Assembly (NCBI GenBank): GCA_040753615.1
Contig: JBFMDO010000031.1
Coordinates: forward strand, 2,221-66,220
DNA from: Nitrospirota bacterium
Lineage (GTDB): Bacteria > Nitrospirota > Thermodesulfovibrionia > Thermodesulfovibrionales > SM23-35
Reading direction: 5' to 3'
Length of the DNA: 64,000 bases
Under the pieces are notes generated by a model that made no database searches, had not been told where the DNA came from, and saw only the letters and a program-made list of their open reading frames with translations. Positions 8,781 to 18,956 of this stretch are shown here, one piece after another. The first letter of the stretch is position 1. Each line of letters starts with the position of its first letter. Both the position numbers and the translations under genes were made by a program.

Positions 8781-9557
8781 ATGAAAGCGATAGAGATAAA
8801 GAATCTTACTGTAAGGCTTGACAGTAGGGAAGTCCTGAAAGATATAAACCTTTCTCTGGATGAGGGCAGGTTTATAGGGATAGTAGGTCCTAATGGCGGT
8901 GGTAAGACTACTCTCATCAGGGCAATACTCGGTTTTATAAAGCCAACTTTGGGAGAGATATTTGTCTTTGGAACTCCGCCCAAAGAGGTTTTGAAAAAAG
9001 GAAATATATTCGGTTATTTACCCCAGTTATTAAAGGTTAAACCGGATTTTCCTGCGAGGGTAATTGATGTGGTTATGATGGGAAGATACAGCAAGGTTGG
9101 TATGCTGCGATGGCCAAGGGAAGAGGATAAGAAAAAAGCTATTGAATATATATCCGTGATGGGGATAGAGGAATTTAAAGATAAGCCGTTTGGACAACTC
9201 TCAGGAGGACAACAGCAAAGGGCATCTATAGCAAGAGCGCTTGCAGGAGAACCTAAGGTCTTAATACTTGATGAGCCAAATACAGGGATTGATGTTATAG
9301 GACAGGAGGACTTCTATCATCTCCTGAACGGCATTCGGAAGAAATTTGGCATTACAATCATTATGGCATCACACGATATTGGAACAATTTCTTCATATGT
9401 AGATGAGATCGCATGCCTCAACTATACACTCCATTATCATGGCAATCCGCTTGAAGCCCTCAATGAAAAGGTATTGACAGAATTATATGGCAAAAATATT
9501 GATGTGCTTATGCACACAGATATCTGTGACAAATGTGAGCGGCTGCGAAGAGGATGA
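8781..9557 (+). CDS. znuC: Metal ABC transporter ATP-binding protein
   Basis: Walker A GPNGGGKTT, signature LSGGQQQR, Walker B LILDEP. The start abuts the znuA stop. Confidence 0.85.
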   Translation: MKAIEIKNLTVRLDSREVLKDINLSLDEGRFIGIVGPNGGGKTTLIRAILGFIKPTLGEIFVFGTPPKEVLKKGNIFGYLPQLLKVKPDFPARVIDVVMMGRYSKVGMLRWPREEDKKKAIEYISVMGIEEFKDKPFGQLSGGQQQRASIARALAGEPKVLILDEPNTGIDVIGQEDFYHLLNGIRKKFGITIIMASHDIGTISSYVDEIACLNYTLHYHGNPLEALNEKVLTELYGKNIDVLMHTDICDKCERLRRG

Positions 9558-9564
9558 GGAATCA

Positions 9565-10368
9565 ATGTTTGAAATATTAAGTTCTACTTTTATGCAGAAG
9601 GCGCTACTTGTTGGGATTATAGTCAGTCTGTTAGCTGGCATGGTATCAGTTTTTGTAGTTCTCCGCAATATGTCTTTTATAGGGGTGGGAATATCACACG
9701 CAGCCTTTGGCGGGGTAGCAATTGGTTTTTTCGCAGGAATAAACCCAATTATTACAGCCATTGTTTATTCTATGGCAATCGCACTCGGGATAGAATTAGT
9801 TGCACGCAAGGGAAAGGTCTCGGAAGATGCCTCTATAGGTATATTTTATGCCAGTTCAATGGCACTTGGCATCGTTCTCATAAGTCTATCGAGGGAATAT
9901 AATGTTGACCTTTTTGGTTACCTTTTTGGGAATATACTGGCTATTACTGATAGGGAAGTTTTTCTCTCGCTGATCTGGGCTATATTAGTAATTAGCATCA
10001 TTATGCTTTTCCGAAGAGAAATATTCATGATAACCTATAATGAGGAAATAGCACGGGTAAGCGGAATTCCTGTCAGGGCTATTAATATCCTCTTTTTAAT
10101 CATCCTTTCAATAACTATTGTTATCTCAATAAAGATTGTTGGCATAATACTTATTTCTGCCCTACTTGTCCTTCCAGGGGCAACAGCACAATTATTCCCT
10201 AAAAACCTGTATTTTATGATTATGGCATCATGTAGTGTTGCTGTAATCTCAACAGTGGTGGGTCTCTTTTTATCCTATGAATTTGATATCGCACCTGGAG
10301 GGAGCATTGTCTTGACAGCTACAGCCCTGTTTTTGATTTCGTTGTTGCTGAAAAAAAGACAGCGATAA
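9565..10368 (+). CDS. znuB: Metal ABC transporter permease (ABC-3 family)
   Basis: Polytopic membrane protein. Start moved to ATG 9565 (MFEILSSTFMQKALL), which has an AGGATGAGGA RBS just after the znuC stop. The longer ORF-track start overlaps znuC by 71 nt. Confidence 0.8.
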   Translation: MFEILSSTFMQKALLVGIIVSLLAGMVSVFVVLRNMSFIGVGISHAAFGGVAIGFFAGINPIITAIVYSMAIALGIELVARKGKVSEDASIGIFYASSMALGIVLISLSREYNVDLFGYLFGNILAITDREVFLSLIWAILVISIIMLFRREIFMITYNEEIARVSGIPVRAINILFLIILSITIVISIKIVGIILISALLVLPGATAQLFPKNLYFMIMASCSVAVISTVVGLFLSYEFDIAPGGSIVLTATALFLISLLLKKRQR

Positions 10369-10372
10369 AAAA

Positions 10373-10999
10373 CTACTCTTCTGGTGGTATCCATATTTCA
10401 GAAAGAAGAAGTGGCAGCTCAGCAGCACAGACCGGGCCAACCCTGACCTTCCACTTTGTTAATCTCTCGATATCTTCTCTCAAAGAAGCAGCAAGCCCCG
10501 GGATTATGAGTTCTTTTCTTTTTACTTTATCTTCTATTGCCGTTTCTTTTAATGCCTCCTGTATTCTTTCAGCACTCAGGGTATGATAAATCATAGACAT
10601 ATCAACTGTGTTTCCATCAGTATCTACAAATATGACAAAGAAAGGAGCTATGGTAGTCCCTAAAACAGTCAGGAGGACTTGTTCTGTATATTCATTATTT
10701 CCTGATATAAGCACCAGAGATTCAGGGGATGGATTATTTAATTCCACAAGCCCAATCAGGCTTGGCCTCGGATGAACGAGGAGTGGAACCTCGGGCCATA
10801 TGTCTTTCATCTTATAAACTGCACTTAAAGCATAAGCCTTGTTTTTGCTGAGAAAGGAACAGTTCTGAGGTTTTTTAATGCCTTTTTTAAAGGCATTAAA
10901 AAATTCTTCACACGATGAAAAACCGCATTGGAGACAATCAGGTTTTTTAATGTAACTTAAAAGATTGATTGTATTTAAATAAAGGTCTGCTGATGCCAC
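10373..10999 (-). CDS. Fe-S motif protein with a C-terminal domain resembling corrinoid-protein (AcsC/CdhE/HgcA-type) folds; function unknown
   Basis: 208 aa. N-terminal CLQCGFSSCEEF matches the CxxCGxxxC putative Fe-S cluster motif of RnfB/CdhE N-termini. The start lies 1 nt after the hisG stop, so an operon is likely. The C-terminal assignment is weak. Confidence 0.4.
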   Translation of the reverse strand: MASADLYLNTINLLSYIKKPDCLQCGFSSCEEFFNAFKKGIKKPQNCSFLSKNKAYALSAVYKMKDIWPEVPLLVHPRPSLIGLVELNNPSPESLVLISGNNEYTEQVLLTVLGTTIAPFFVIFVDTDGNTVDMSMIYHTLSAERIQEALKETAIEDKVKRKELIIPGLAASLREDIERLTKWKVRVGPVCAAELPLLLSEIWIPPEE

Positions 11000-11000
11000 A

Positions 11001-11876
11001 TTAAGGGATAACCTTATTGAGTTGATATTCTACAATCCCTGACGCGCCTGCCTTCTTTAGTTTCGGTATAATATCCCGCACGACTTTTTCGCCAATTATA
11101 ACTTCAAGTGCATACCATCCCTCGTCTGATAAAGCAGATATCGTCGGAGAATGCATTGCAGAAAGAAGGCTCATCACCCGCTTCAGCGAATTCACTGGCA
11201 CATTCATCTTGAGTCCAACCTTTTCCTCAGCAGAGAGAGCGCCTTTGAGAAGCATTGCGATATTCTCCATCTTCTGCCTTTTCCATTTATCATGCCATGC
11301 CTTTTTATTTGCGATAAACCTTGTACTCGACTCAAGTATGGTTTCGACAATCCTGAGATTATTTGCCCTCAGAGAAGTGCCTGTTTCTGTAAGCTCAACA
11401 ATCGCATCAGCAAGATGCGGAGGCTTTACCTCTGTCGCACCCCATGAAAAATCTACCTCAGCCTTTATACCTTTTGATTTAAGATATCTTTTTGTAAAAC
11501 CAACGAGTTCTGTTGCAATACGTTTTCCATTCAGGTCTTTTAAGGTCTTTATCCTCGAATCACTTGGGACCGCAATCACCCATTTCACAGGCCTGACACC
11601 TTCTTTTGCATAGAGGAGTTCAGTAATCTCATGAACTTCTACATTCTGTTCAAGTATCCAGTCCCTGCCTGTAAGCCCGCAATCGAGTATGCCTGCTTCA
11701 ACATATCTTGCCATCTCCTGTGCCCTTATTAGCATAGCTTCAATCTCAGGGTCGTCGAGGGATGGATAATAAGAACGGGGTGATATATTAATATGGTACC
11801 CTGCCTTTCTGAATAATTTTAATGTTGCCTCCTGAAGACTGCCTTTTGGTAGTCCAAGCTTTAAAATCCTGTTCAT
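11001..11876 (-). CDS. hisG: ATP phosphoribosyltransferase, long form
   Basis: 291 aa. [24 protein letters not shown]-terminus, a C-terminal regulatory domain, and AAGGAGAAG RBS. Confidence 0.9.
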   Translation of the reverse strand: MNRILKLGLPKGSLQEATLKLFRKAGYHINISPRSYYPSLDDPEIEAMLIRAQEMARYVEAGILDCGLTGRDWILEQNVEVHEITELLYAKEGVRPVKWVIAVPSDSRIKTLKDLNGKRIATELVGFTKRYLKSKGIKAEVDFSWGATEVKPPHLADAIVELTETGTSLRANNLRIVETILESSTRFIANKKAWHDKWKRQKMENIAMLLKGALSAEEKVGLKMNVPVNSLKRVMSLLSAMHSPTISALSDEGWYALEVIIGEKVVRDIIPKLKKAGASGIVEYQLNKVIP

Positions 11877-11972
11877 AACTTCTCCTTTTAAGGATAAACT
11901 TTAACCTTGTGATATAATAAAAATATTAAATCTGTCCAAGATGATTTTATAGAGGAGATGGCGTTTTCTTTC

Positions 11973-12042
11973 TAAGGTGTTGCTATTGTGTTTCTTCAGC
12001 ATCCAGCCCCCCCTGCCTATTTATGTTATTTGGACAGGCATG
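11973..12042 (+). repeat. Conserved ~70-nt intergenic element, copy A (upstream of mfd)
   Basis: TAAGGTGTTGCTATTGTGTTTCTTCAGCATCCAGCC...TTTGGACAGGCATG aligns by eye at about 80 percent identity with 20348-20416. Both copies lie in divergent intergenic regions, in the same orientation as the downstream + strand gene. Confidence 0.6.
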
Positions 12043-12082
12043 TAAAGATATATAATTTATCATATAGCTAATAATTGTTACA

Positions 12083-15000
12083 ATGCCAATAGATTTTACA
12101 CCCCTTATAAATATCATTAAAAAGAATATGCGGATTTATAACCTTAGAGGCTCATCTGCTGCCCTGCTTCTTTGTCTTTATGATGAACCTTTTCTTGCTG
12201 TTGAGTCAACTGAGGAGCTTGCAGAAGAACTCTGCAGGGATATCAATTTTTTCAGAGGGATATTAAAAAAAGAACCTGTCTTCTTTCTTCCAGAGCCTGA
12301 CGGCCCCTTTTTTTCTGGCGAGAGGACAAGGGTAGTTTGCTCACTAAATAAAACCAGTTCTATTGTCTGTTCTTTTAAAAATCTCAAATCACATATATGG
12401 TCTCAGGAAGAATTAAACAGGATTGGCATAAATTTCGAAAAAGGCATTGAAATCAGCAGGGCATGGCTTGAGGAAAGGCTTCAGGAGATTGGCTACAGGG
12501 AAGTCCCGCTTATTGCTGAAAAAGGAGAATATAGCAGACGCGAATGGCTTATTGATATCTTCCCTTCTACCTCAGAGATGCCAATACGGCTTGAATTCTT
12601 TGGAGATGAAATAGAGAGCATGAAGTTTTTTGATATTGATACACAGAGATCTAAAGAAGACGTGTCTAATCTTCTAATATTTCCTGCAAGAGATCCCATA
12701 TCAGGCATAACACCACTTGTTCTGATGAGTAATGCGAACTATATATTTTCGGATTCTATACAGGAAAGAGATGGACTGCCTGATGGTATCACATTTTTTT
12801 CAAGATATCCCATAAAAGGAACAGGTCATGATGCGGGCGCACTTTCAATTAAAGGTCTTGGAATTTTGCCTGAAGAGAGAAAACATTTAGAGGAATTGCC
12901 ACAGAATATCAAACTTCTTAAGAAAGAAAACAGGATATTTATTATCTCTTCATCAAATGGACAGGCTGGACGTCTTAAAGACATACTTAATGAAGGAGAT
13001 GTAATCGCACCAATCATAGACAAGACAGAAATTTTTGAATATGAAGGAAACATTTCTATAACAGTCGGAGGGCTTTCATCAGGTCTCTTTTTCCCGGGTT
13101 TCCTGATTTTAACTGAAAAAGAAATATTCGGAGAAAGTCCTGGTTACAGGCCTATTAAAAAGTCAAGGGTATCAAAGCTTCTAACCTCACTCGATGATCT
13201 TAAACCAGAAGATTTTGTGGTTCACAGGGACCATGGTATTGGTAGATTTAAAGGACTCATCCGTCAGAATACAGAAGGGCTTGAACAAGACCTCATGTTG
13301 ATTGATTACGAAAATGGAAGATTATACATGCCTCTTCAGGCGATTAATATGATACAGAAATATCGTGCTGAAGACAGTGTTATACCGAGAATTGACAGGC
13401 TCGGGGGGAAGACATGGCTAAGGACAAAAGAGAAGGTAAGAAAAAAGATTCAGGAGCTGGCAGAAAAACTCATTTCAGTTCATGCAGAAAGAAAGGTTCA
13501 TAAAGGTTTTTCATTCAGCGATGACACCGAACTTCACAGGGAATTTGATAGTTTTTTCCAATATGAAGAAACACCCGACCAGCTTAATGCTATAGAAGAC
13601 ATTAAAAGAGATATGGCATCAGAAAGACCAATGGATAGGCTCGTCTGTGGCGATGTGGGGTATGGTAAAACAGAAGTCGCTATGAGAGCAGCATTCAAGG
13701 CAGTATATGATGGAATGCAGGCGGCTATTCTTGTTCCTACAACAATATTATGCGAACAGCATTATCGGACTTTCAAATCAAGGTTTTCTGCATTTCCTGT
13801 CACAATAGATTACCTGAGCAGGTTTAAATCTAAAAAAGACCAGAGGGAGACCATTAAGGCATTATCAAACGGAGATATTGACATAATCATAGGCACACAT
13901 CTTCTTCTTAACAGAAGTATAAATTTTTATAAGCTCGGCTTGCTTGTTATTGACGAGGAACACAGGTTTGGCGTCACCCAGAAGGAAAAGCTAAAAGAAT
14001 TGAGAAAAGAGGTTGATGTGATCACACTTACTGCTACGCCGATACCGAGAACACTTTCTATGGCGCTCTCAGACATGAGGGATATGAGCCTGATCGAGAC
14101 GCCTCCTGAAGAAAGGCTCGCTGTCAGAAGCATAGTCTCTGTATTCGATGAAAAACTGATAAGAGATGCAATAGAAAAAGAAATCGAGAGAAATGGTCAG
14201 GTCTTTTTTGTACATAACAGGATAAAGGATATTTACAAGATTGCAGATTATCTTATGAAGCTTATGCCTTCAGCAAGGATATCTGTTGTGCACGGGCAGA
14301 TGCCTGAAAAAGAACTCGAAAAAATTATGCTTAAATTTTACGACTCAAACATAAATGTCCTTGTATCCACAGCCATTATCGGTTCCGGTCTTGATATACC
14401 AACAGCCAATACAATTATTATCAACAGGGCGGATATGATGGGTCTTGCTGACCTCTATCAACTCAGGGGGCGTGTTGGCAGAGGCAATGTAAGGGCATAT
14501 GCCTATTTTTTAATTCCCGGAGAAGATATTATTACAGAAGAGGCTAAAAAAAGGCTTCAGGCTATACAAGAGATGAGCTATCTCGGAGCAGGCTTCAGGC
14601 TTGCCCTAAAAGACCTTGAAATCAGAGGCGCAGGAAATCTCCTCGGTTCTGAACAATCAGGACATATACATGCAGTTGGGTTTGACCTTTATATGGAGAT
14701 GCTGGGAAAGGCGGTTGCAGAATTAAAAGGACAGAAGATAGAAGAATTCGATCCTATAATAAGCCTGAAGGTTAATGCGTTTATACCTGAAGAGTATATT
14801 GATGACATAACACTCAGGCTGAGTATTTATAGAAGGATTGCTTCATCAATGACATATGAAAATATAAAAGCACTCGAGATGGAAATAGGAGACAGATTTG
14901 GGAAGCTGCCAATAGAAGTTAGAAACCTTATGGACATAATGAGGCTCAAGATAATGGCGAGAGACTTACTCATTGCAAAGATTCAGGACGTACACGGAAG

Positions 15001-15196
15001 GATTCATGTGGTATTTTCTCCTGATACGAGGGTTGAGCCTCGAGATGTCATGGGACTTCATAAGAAAAGGAATGGAAAGATTAAGTTCCTGCCCGAAGGT
15101 TTCGAGATTGATCTCAGTGGACTTTCTTGGGGAAGGACGTATGAAGAACTCATAAATATCTTTACTTGTTTGACTGTTTCTGATAATTTTAAATAA
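12083..15196 (+). CDS. mfd: Transcription-repair coupling factor
   Basis: 1037 aa. CarD-like RNAP-interaction region (FVVHRDHGIGRF), helicase motif I GDVGYGKTEVA, motif II DEEHRFGV, and the TRG/translocation region. Confidence 0.95.
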   Translation: MPIDFTPLINIIKKNMRIYNLRGSSAALLLCLYDEPFLAVESTEELAEELCRDINFFRGILKKEPVFFLPEPDGPFFSGERTRVVCSLNKTSSIVCSFKNLKSHIWSQEELNRIGINFEKGIEISRAWLEERLQEIGYREVPLIAEKGEYSRREWLIDIFPSTSEMPIRLEFFGDEIESMKFFDIDTQRSKEDVSNLLIFPARDPISGITPLVLMSNANYIFSDSIQERDGLPDGITFFSRYPIKGTGHDAGALSIKGLGILPEERKHLEELPQNIKLLKKENRIFIISSSNGQAGRLKDILNEGDVIAPIIDKTEIFEYEGNISITVGGLSSGLFFPGFLILTEKEIFGESPGYRPIKKSRVSKLLTSLDDLKPEDFVVHRDHGIGRFKGLIRQNTEGLEQDLMLIDYENGRLYMPLQAINMIQKYRAEDSVIPRIDRLGGKTWLRTKEKVRKKIQELAEKLISVHAERKVHKGFSFSDDTELHREFDSFFQYEETPDQLNAIEDIKRDMASERPMDRLVCGDVGYGKTEVAMRAAFKAVYDGMQAAILVPTTILCEQHYRTFKSRFSAFPVTIDYLSRFKSKKDQRETIKALSNGDIDIIIGTHLLLNRSINFYKLGLLVIDEEHRFGVTQKEKLKELRKEVDVITLTATPIPRTLSMALSDMRDMSLIETPPEERLAVRSIVSVFDEKLIRDAIEKEIERNGQVFFVHNRIKDIYKIADYLMKLMPSARISVVHGQMPEKELEKIMLKFYDSNINVLVSTAIIGSGLDIPTANTIIINRADMMGLADLYQLRGRVGRGNVRAYAYFLIPGEDIITEEAKKRLQAIQEMSYLGAGFRLALKDLEIRGAGNLLGSEQSGHIHAVGFDLYMEMLGKAVAELKGQKIEEFDPIISLKVNAFIPEEYIDDITLRLSIYRRIASSMTYENIKALEMEIGDRFGKLPIEVRNLMDIMRLKIMARDLLIAKIQDVHGRIHVVFSPDTRVEPRDVMGLHKKRNGKIKFLPEGFEIDLSGLSWGRTYEELINIFTCLTVSDNFK

Positions 15197-15225
15197 TATA
15201 TAAAAACTTGTAAGAGAGTGGATAA

Positions 15226-15951
15226 ATGTTTCCAGATAATTTTTTAAGGAAAAATATTTTAGTTTTTCTTTCAGCCATCCTGATATCATGTGCATCTACT
15301 GAGGAAGCCGGAAATGTTGACAAAGCAACTGCACACTACCAGATAGGACTTTCTTATTACAATGAGGATAAAATACAGATGGCTTATATTGAATTTCAAA
15401 AGGCGATTGAGTTTAATCCAAAAAATAAAGATGTGTTTAATCTTATTGGAATAATTCATCTTTTAAATTTTGAGGATTATCAAAAGGCAATGGATTTCTT
15501 CAAAAAGGCCATAAAAATAGATCCGAAATTTTCAGAAGCCCATAATAATCTTGGTCGTGCATATGAAAAGATGGGAAGATTTAATGACGCGATTGATGCC
15601 TATAAAAAGGCGGCTTCAAATACCATGTATGAACGCCCTGAAAAGGCATATAATAATCTCGGCCGTTTATATTACAGGCTTGGCCGTTATGATGAAGCGA
15701 TAGCTGGATATAGCGATGCCCTCAGAAGGGTGAATGACTTTTATCCTGCATATTATGGACTGGCACTCTGTTATAATGCTAAAGGTTATTATGGTGATGC
15801 AGCCACTGCTATAAATCGTGCGATAGAACTTGATCCACTTTATAAAGGAGACAGAGAAAAGGCGGTGGAAGACTTAGAAGGCAAAAAGATTATCGCGAGT
15901 GAGGAGGAACAGAAGGATATTTCTAATTTCCTCGAGATATTGAGATACTGA
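15226..15951 (+). CDS. TPR-repeat lipoprotein
   Basis: 241 aa. Lipobox-like LSAILISC and several TPR units (AHYQIGLSYY, FQKAIEFNPKN, AHNNLGRAYEKMGRFNDAIDAYKKA). Confidence 0.75.
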   Translation: MFPDNFLRKNILVFLSAILISCASTEEAGNVDKATAHYQIGLSYYNEDKIQMAYIEFQKAIEFNPKNKDVFNLIGIIHLLNFEDYQKAMDFFKKAIKIDPKFSEAHNNLGRAYEKMGRFNDAIDAYKKAASNTMYERPEKAYNNLGRLYYRLGRYDEAIAGYSDALRRVNDFYPAYYGLALCYNAKGYYGDAATAINRAIELDPLYKGDREKAVEDLEGKKIIASEEEQKDISNFLEILRY

Positions 15952-15979
15952 TTTAATATCCAGTTTAAGATATCAAATC

Positions 15980-16153
15980 TTATTCCAGACCGCTCACTTC
16001 TAAATCCTTTGGAAATTCAACACTAAATTTAATCCTTAGCGTCTTCTTTTCAGCAGGAGCTAATTCCAAATTCCATAAGATTATACCATCATCGTGAATC
16101 TTAGCCTCGTCTTTTTTAGGAGATATAAGTTCAATTTTTATCTGTTTTGCTGT
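15980..16153 (-). pseudogene. C-terminal remnant of a DUF4139-like (mucoidy inhibitor MuiA-like) gene
   Basis: Start-less minus-strand frame ...KIELISPKKDEAKIHDDGIILWNLELAPAEKKTLRIKFSVEFPKDLEVSGLE*. This resembles the conserved C-terminus of DUF4139 proteins. It is bounded upstream by an in-frame TAA. Confidence 0.35.
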
Positions 16154-16198
16154 TTAAAGAGAATAAATCAATCAGAATTATTCTATTGAAAAATGGGG

Positions 16199-18262
16199 TT
16201 AGACCTTGAATCTCTTTAGTTCTGACATCAATGTCTCGGCTTCTACTTCCAGAGATTTTATGGATGAATTCATCTCATTGGCAAGATTGACAGATTCGTT
16301 TGCAATCTTTTTTATGCTTTCAATTGAATTAATTATTTCTTTGCTTTGCTCCCTTTGCCCAGATGTTGCCTTTGCTATCTGTTCTGTCTGATGAGATACA
16401 TTGACTATACTTTGAGAAATCTGTTTGCTTCCGCCAGATTGTTCATATGTTGCACTCTTGACATGCTGTGCTAATTTTTTTATCCGTTCTATGGACTCTG
16501 CAATTAATCTGCTCTCCTTACTCTGTTCTTTAGTTGCCGTTGATATATGTGTTATCTGTTGAGTGTTTTTCTTGACTGCATCTGTTATCTGACTAACTGC
16601 CTTTGTCTGTTCAACAGCCGCCTTCTGGATAAACGTAGCCATATTTGATGCTGATTTTGCACTTCCCAGTATGCTTTCAAGGGCTTTTGTTACCTCCTTC
16701 ACAAAATCTACGCCCTTTTCAACACTATTTATCCCTGTTGCTGCAAGTTTAACGCTTGCTTCAGTCTGCCCCTGAATAGATGCTACAGTATCAGCAATTT
16801 CCTTTGTAGAGGATGAAGTCCTCTCAGCAAGGCTTTTTATTTCATCTGCAACCACGGCAAAGCTCTTTCCATGCTCACCAGCTTGTGCAGCAAGTATCGC
16901 TGCATTAAGCGCAAGAAGACTTGTCTTGTCTGCAACCTCGTCAATCACGTTAACCATGAGTCCTATTTGTTTCGAACCTTCGCTTAGCGTATTAATAACC
17001 TTTGAAATTGCATCCATACTCTCCTTGATATCTTTCATGCCATTTATAGCAGCATTTGCAGCATTCATACCCTTGTTGGATGCCTCGGATGTAACGCTTT
17101 GCGCAAGATTAACTGACTCAGAAGCGTGTTTCTCAACTTCCTTCACAGTTGTGTTTATCTCGGTCAGAGATAAGGCTGTCTCCTCAGCGGACGCTGACAG
17201 AAGCTCAAGACTTTGAGAAATATCTTTTATAGAAGAAACCATCTCCTCGACAGAAGCAGCAGCCTCAGCGGCTGTGTCAGAAAAGTCGTTTGCACTTTCA
17301 GCAATCTTTTCTACTGATGCCGACATCTGAATAATTGCAGAAGACGTAGCCTCAGCAGAGGCGGAAAGGCTCTCAGCTCCCGTTGCTATAGAAGATATTG
17401 AGTTATCAATATCTTCTATAGCAACCGCAGTTTTTCCTATTGCATCACGCTGCGTATTAGCCCCTGTTGAAACCTCGCTGGAAGATAGAGCTATCTTTTC
17501 TGTCACAGCAGTGACACGGTCTGTAACCGAACTGACCTTTGTCAGCATGTCTTTAAGATTTTGGGTCATCCTATTTATAGCCATACCGAGAGATGCAAGC
17601 TCGTCATTGCTTTTTACAGAGACGGTGTGGGTAAGGTCACCTTGGGATGTTGTCTCAGCAACACTTTGTATATTAATTATTGGTGTTGCAAAAAATCGTG
17701 ATATAAATATGTAGAGAAGAAAAATTGCCGCAAAAAAACAAACAACTCCAACTATTATTGCATTCTTGAGGAGGCTATATGTCTCCCTGTTTATAGCCTG
17801 TGCCTTTAATCCGAGAATTATTGCACCTTCAATTTGTTTGTTTTCACCAAAAATGGGCGCGACAACATTGTAATATGCTCCGACCTTTTCGCTGAGTGGC
17901 GTCTTAGTTGAAATTGCCCTGTTGCCAAACTGTCCCTCTATCTGTTTACTTCCCGCTTCACTTCCGCCGCGAAAGAGAATCTCTTTATTAGTATTAATAA
18001 CCATAGCAAATGCTATATCTTTTTCCGTTGAGCATATCGCTGCAAGTCTTTCATCAACACGCTCCAGAAGTTCCAATGGTGTTCCAAGTTTTAATGCTGT
18101 TGATATGTCTTTCTGGAGTTCCTCAGCAATGTTCATAGTCCTCGAAAGCAGAACTGCTCTGTATCTATTCGTTGCTGTTACGGTAAGGACAATAGTGTTT
18201 GCAGTAAAGACAACACAAAGTATGATGCTCACTATAAGGGCTGACTTTGTTTTAAGCCTCAT
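16199..18262 (-). CDS. Methyl-accepting chemotaxis protein (two TM segments, periplasmic sensor, HAMP, long signalling domain)
   Basis: 687 aa. Highly conserved MCP hairpin [34 protein letters not shown], and a HAMP segment after TM2. Confidence 0.9.
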   Translation of the reverse strand: MRLKTKSALIVSIILCVVFTANTIVLTVTATNRYRAVLLSRTMNIAEELQKDISTALKLGTPLELLERVDERLAAICSTEKDIAFAMVINTNKEILFRGGSEAGSKQIEGQFGNRAISTKTPLSEKVGAYYNVVAPIFGENKQIEGAIILGLKAQAINRETYSLLKNAIIVGVVCFFAAIFLLYIFISRFFATPIINIQSVAETTSQGDLTHTVSVKSNDELASLGMAINRMTQNLKDMLTKVSSVTDRVTAVTEKIALSSSEVSTGANTQRDAIGKTAVAIEDIDNSISSIATGAESLSASAEATSSAIIQMSASVEKIAESANDFSDTAAEAAASVEEMVSSIKDISQSLELLSASAEETALSLTEINTTVKEVEKHASESVNLAQSVTSEASNKGMNAANAAINGMKDIKESMDAISKVINTLSEGSKQIGLMVNVIDEVADKTSLLALNAAILAAQAGEHGKSFAVVADEIKSLAERTSSSTKEIADTVASIQGQTEASVKLAATGINSVEKGVDFVKEVTKALESILGSAKSASNMATFIQKAAVEQTKAVSQITDAVKKNTQQITHISTATKEQSKESRLIAESIERIKKLAQHVKSATYEQSGGSKQISQSIVNVSHQTEQIAKATSGQREQSKEIINSIESIKKIANESVNLANEMNSSIKSLEVEAETLMSELKRFKV

Positions 18263-18320
18263 ACCTCTCTCTTATACATTTCTTTATCACACTTTTTTAT
18301 AGCTTCTGTGAGTATCTCGA

Positions 18321-18941
18321 CTATCGAAGCACGCTCAGACACTCTTCTTCAATCTTCACTGTTACACTGTGAATTGCATCTGCATCTACAATCACATCCC
18401 TTTTTTCAACAGCAAAAGGAGAGGTCTCTACTGCTAAAAATGAAAAGAGCTGCTTAAACAGCATTTTGATATTGTCGTCAGCTTTACTTTTAACGCTTCT
18501 TATTTCTGGTGAAAGCAGACGATAATTAGAATATGCCTTTTTCATTAACATACGCAATGGAGTAGCGGATGCTTTGCGCATCTGACTAATTTCAAAGAAA
18601 ATATTCTTCATATCATAGAAGATAAGCTTATTCACTGCTGAAAGAACCTTCTCTTTATCCCTTTTCACCAGAGCATCCCTTATCTCAGAAACAATATCCA
18701 CATTAAAATTTTTCTTTATTTTATTTGTAGCCTCACTAACTGAAGGAAGCAATGCGGATATCTCCTCGTAATTCCCCTTTGTTGCAGACTCTGTCATTAA
18801 GGCATAAACCGCATCAAGTGACGTCCCCTCGCTAAACTGAGCCTTAACTGGCATTATCTGGCAGAAAAAGGGGGTAAGAATAAAAATTATAAAAATTATA
18901 TGTAGTTTTTTCCCTAACATTTTTTTTAACTTACCCCTCAT
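18321..18941 (-). CDS. Secreted helical protein of unknown function
   Basis: 206 aa with an N-terminal signal-like hydrophobic segment ending VKAQ. Sits between the porin-like and MCP genes on the same strand. No family recognised. Confidence 0.5.
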   Translation of the reverse strand: MRGKLKKMLGKKLHIIFIIFILTPFFCQIMPVKAQFSEGTSLDAVYALMTESATKGNYEEISALLPSVSEATNKIKKNFNVDIVSEIRDALVKRDKEKVLSAVNKLIFYDMKNIFFEISQMRKASATPLRMLMKKAYSNYRLLSPEIRSVKSKADDNIKMLFKQLFSFLAVETSPFAVEKRDVIVDADAIHSVTVKIEEECLSVLR

Positions 18942-18956
18942 TTATCTTATCTTTAT

